Of a stretch of DNA of 64,000 bases, positions 63,961 to 64,000 are shown one piece after another. The number at the start of each line of letters is the position of its first letter. The first letter of the stretch is position 1. The DNA comes from Rhynchobatus australiae (lineage: Eukaryota). A program made the translations under genes and the position numbers. The notes under the pieces are model-generated. The model did not search any database. It saw only the letters and a list, made by a program, of their open reading frames with translations, and was not told the DNA's origin. The stretch lies in the NCBI GenBank assembly GCA_034780895.1, contig JAUZTB010000068.1, positions 31,375,581-31,439,580 on the forward strand, read 5' to 3'.

Positions 63961-64000
63961 GTATCACCTGCTACCTCTAATAGGCTAGAACCAGATTTGC

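Noticed and set aside
1-64000. CRISPR arrays, operons, rRNA or prokaryotic systems
   Set aside because: The sequence is a spliced vertebrate locus; no regularly spaced repeat-spacer array or rRNA is seen.

Overview
Vertebrate genomic DNA from a gapped assembly, AT-rich and CpG-poor. The repeat content (V-SINE/HE1-like and DeuSINE-like SINEs, CR1, Rex1/Babar, Penelope-like) points to a cartilaginous fish, probably a ray or shark; this is inference. The window holds eight consecutive coding exons of STK40, a Tribbles-related pseudokinase, on the + strand at 18377..62050. All introns are GT-AG with compatible phases, giving 995 nt of CDS. The last coding exons lie beyond the right edge. Most of the rest is intron filled with decayed, often nested retroelements and a pogo/Tigger remnant, and almost all ORFs in the supplied track are spurious or repeat-derived. 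The most unusual structure is in the intron before the catalytic-loop (HRD) exon. A ~400 bp direct duplicate carries a copy of that exon with an intact acceptor, a frameshift and a stop. A ~180 bp inverted copy of the same intronic sequence lies between the two and could base-pair with either. This layout suggests a poison exon controlled by competing RNA structures, which is a hypothesis only. Repeat boundaries are approximate and family names come from recalled motifs, not from a database search.
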